Below, one piece after another: positions 61,190-64,000 of a stretch of DNA of 64,000 bases (within the stretch, counting starts at the first letter, position 1; every line of letters starts with the position of its first letter). The translations under genes and the position numbers were made by a program. This DNA is from Sarea resinae (Eukaryota). The notes below the pieces were generated by a model. The model was given only the letters and a program-made list of their open reading frames with translations, made no database searches and was not told the DNA's origin. The stretch is from the NCBI GenBank assembly GCA_026026165.1, contig JAPEUD010000002.1, positions 248,001-312,000 of the forward strand, written 5' to 3'.

Positions 61190-61647
61190 ACGGTGCAGCG
61201 CCGAGGAGATATATGGAATCTGGTAAGGGCACGATGAGTGATTATCGCGAACAGACGGTCAAGGCAGTGATTGCCTCTTGCGTCTTGCTTCTCGCTGTCT
61301 CGCTGTTGACTCTTCCGCCGCTGCTGCAGTGAGCGAGAGTCGGAGCACGCAATAGCGCTACGCCCAATGACAACAGGGGCGCCGTCACCGCCCCGCCGTC
61401 CCGATGTTTCTCCTCTCCGCCCCGCTCGCCTGCTCCGGAGTAGCAGTCCACCCTCGGTCCCTCCGGTCTAATGATTATCCGACAAGGCGATAGTACGTCG
61501 CGTCACCCCATGGTCAAGGCGATGGATGCGCGTTAACTCCGCGTCTACTCGGAGCACTCTCGCCTTGGGTCCAAGCAACAGTCAAGAAGCATTTGGAGTC
61601 AGCAGCGATTACGTCCTCGATGCCTCGATGAGGCTCCACAACACAGC

Positions 61648-63288
61648 ATGGTTGACTGTCCCATCTGCTCCAAGCCGGTCAAGCAGAAGCATATCAACGC
61701 CCATATCGACTCGGGCTGCGAGTCCTTCATCGACACGGACTCGCCTCCAACCTCGCAGCAGAACGGCGGTCACAATGTCGCGAGCTTCTTCCAGACTCCA
61801 GCAGCCAAGCGGGCTTCCATAGCATCGTCTTCACAGTTGCCGTCGAAGCCAGACACAGCTCCACTCTCGCAAAATACTCCGTCCCGTCCGAATGCCACCA
61901 GTACCACGCCGTCCTCCACAGGCTCAAAGCGCCATCTTGAGTCAGACGTCGTCGATAAATCAAACGGGACAGCTTCGCACATCACACCCTCCTCTCCGCC
62001 CTCGGCCAAGCGCCAGAAGCCAAATGCCCTGCAACGAGCTGCTCCCCTTGCCGACCGCATGCGCCCCACCACTCTCGATGAAGTCGCTGGCCAGTCTCTC
62101 GTCGGGCCAACGGGCATCCTCCGCTCCCTCATCCTCCAGAATCGCATCCCGTCGATGATCCTCTGGGGCGGGCCCGGTACTGGAAAGACTACCATCGCGC
62201 GCGTCATAGCCAACACATCCGGCTCGAAGTTCGTTGAGATCAACAGCACGTCTTCAGGGGTAGCCGAATGCAAACGGCTGTTCGCGGACGCCCGCAACGA
62301 GCTATCTCTTACCGGCCGCAAAACTATCATCTTCTGCGACGAGATCCACCGCTTCTCGAAGTCGCAACAGGACGTCTTCCTCGGGCCCGTCGAAAGCGGC
62401 GCCATCACCCTCATCGGCGCCACGACCGAAAACCCGAGCTTCAAGGTCGTGAACCCGCTCCTCTCCCGCTGCCGCACCTTCACTCTCGAAAAACTGTCGC
62501 CAGAGACCATCACCACGATCCTGACCCGCGCCCTAGCCCTCGAAGGGCCCCACTATCACCCCGCTGACTCCCCTTCGCCACTCATAGACCAGGCCCTCCT
62601 CTCCTACCTCGCGCATTCCAGCAACGGCGACGCACGCACGGCGCTGAACCTCCTGGAGCTCTCCCTCTCCCTCTCCACCCACCCATCCACCACCCCAGCA
62701 TCCCTGAAATCCGCCCTCACCACCACCCTCGTCTACGACCGCCAGGGCGACAACCACTACGACACCATCTCGGCCCTGCACAAATCCATCCGCGGCTCCG
62801 ACGCCGACGCCGCCCTCTACTACCTCGCACGCATGCTCGCCTCGGGCGAAGACCCGCTCTTCATCGCGCGCCGCCTCGTCGTCTGCGCCAGCGAAGACAT
62901 CGGCCTCGCCGACAACACGATGCTCTCGCTCGCCACGGCCGCCTACACGGCCGCCGAGCGGCTCGGGATGCCGGAAGCGCGGATCCCGCTCGCGCACGCC
63001 ACCGTCGCCCTGGCGCTCTCGCCCAAATCGACGCGCGCCTACCGCGGCCTGAACGCGGCCCTGGCCGCCGTCGAGTCCGAGCCCGGCGTCGGCGGCCTGC
63101 CCGTCCCGCTCCACCTCCGCAATGCCCCCACGCGCCTCATGAAGGAGAGCGGGTATGGCAAGGACTATAAGTATAACCCGGATTACCGCGACGGCCGGGT
63201 CGCGCAGGACTATCTGCCGCCCGAGCTGAAGGACAGGCGGTTTCTGGACCGCCGCGATCTGGGCGTCAAGGTTGATCCGGATTTATAG
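61648..63288 (+). CDS. MGS1: AAA+ ATPase Mgs1/WRNIP1 (RarA family)
   Basis: N-terminal UBZ finger CPICSK..INAHIDSGC. Then APLADRMRP, Walker A GGPGTGKTT, DEIHRF, GATTENPSF, YDTISALHKSIRGSD and ASEDIGLAD. Confidence 0.97.
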   Translation: MVDCPICSKPVKQKHINAHIDSGCESFIDTDSPPTSQQNGGHNVASFFQTPAAKRASIASSSQLPSKPDTAPLSQNTPSRPNATSTTPSSTGSKRHLESDVVDKSNGTASHITPSSPPSAKRQKPNALQRAAPLADRMRPTTLDEVAGQSLVGPTGILRSLILQNRIPSMILWGGPGTGKTTIARVIANTSGSKFVEINSTSSGVAECKRLFADARNELSLTGRKTIIFCDEIHRFSKSQQDVFLGPVESGAITLIGATTENPSFKVVNPLLSRCRTFTLEKLSPETITTILTRALALEGPHYHPADSPSPLIDQALLSYLAHSSNGDARTALNLLELSLSLSTHPSTTPASLKSALTTTLVYDRQGDNHYDTISALHKSIRGSDADAALYYLARMLASGEDPLFIARRLVVCASEDIGLADNTMLSLATAAYTAAERLGMPEARIPLAHATVALALSPKSTRAYRGLNAALAAVESEPGVGGLPVPLHLRNAPTRLMKESGYGKDYKYNPDYRDGRVAQDYLPPELKDRRFLDRRDLGVKVDPDL

Positions 63289-64000
63289 ATGATAATGATT
63301 GTGTGGGGAGGGGGGAGAGAGGGAGGGGGGGAACGTGGTGGCGGTTTTCCCGTTACGACGATCTAGTCTGGACGGACCGTTTGGCCTGGCTGGCTAGCTG
63401 ACTAGCTGACTATCTAGCGGCCACTTCCCATTCTACCTACCTACTACCCCATCATCTCCGTTTCCGTCCCACTCACTCCTACCCTCCTACCCTCCCTCCC
63501 TCCCTCCCTCTCCCCACATTCTCCTTTCCCTCATACCATCATACCATCATACAATCATACCATCATACAACCATACACATACCAGTATACCATTTCCCCC
63601 TACATCTAAAAACCCCAACGGCGTTTTTCTTATACTCATGCAGCGAGGCGTACGTATAGCAGCACCCAGTCAGTTCACAGCCAGTCTTCAAGGATTAGAT
63701 ATGATTAGATAGGGTTAGAAAAGGGGGAAGCATTCCACTATTGTTCTCATGTAGCCCCCTTTTTTTGGCTATGGAAAGAAGGAGAGCATATGGTATATGG
63801 TGTATCTACCTTGCGTGTGTGTGTATGTGTATGTATGTGTGTGTGAGCGACAGAGAGAGAGAGAGAGAGAGAAATGTAAGCTGAGTGAGCTCTTGATTGC
63901 ATGGATGCGTCCCCGGCGCCGTCGTGCATGGGAAAGATCGATCGATCGGTTGATGGAAAAAAACCCCGCGCCAGGTGAACCAAAAGAAATAGAACCCCCG

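Overview
Gene-dense, intron-containing DNA from a filamentous ascomycete (Pezizomycotina). Introns are mostly short GT-AG with CTAAC branch points, and the intergenic regions are rich in microsatellites. The left ~9 kb looks like the edge of a secondary-metabolite or detoxification cluster: the C-terminal part of a probable Zn2Cys6 regulator, a DUF1772-like small membrane protein, a 14-TM MFS exporter and a SABATH-like methyltransferase. An AT-rich, RIP-like element bounds this block. The rest is mostly conserved housekeeping genes: ptaB/MFG1, HbrB/BIT61, GON7, VPS39, PHO91-like, DPH1, HMG-CoA lyase, VMA2, SDH8, ARG8, PRM1, a KH-domain protein, BNA3 and MGS1. Beyond the housekeeping genes I found an snR190-U14 box C/D snoRNA pair apparently carried in two introns of a non-coding host RNA, an intact Tc1-like transposase with no visible terminal repeats wedged between DPH1 and HMG-CoA lyase (a domestication candidate), clustered HMG-box and PRE-like motifs upstream of PRM1, a Gcn4/CpcA site before ARG8, a GC-AG intron and micro-exons. 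All family assignments come from recognising motifs by eye, without database searches. Exon boundaries are manual.
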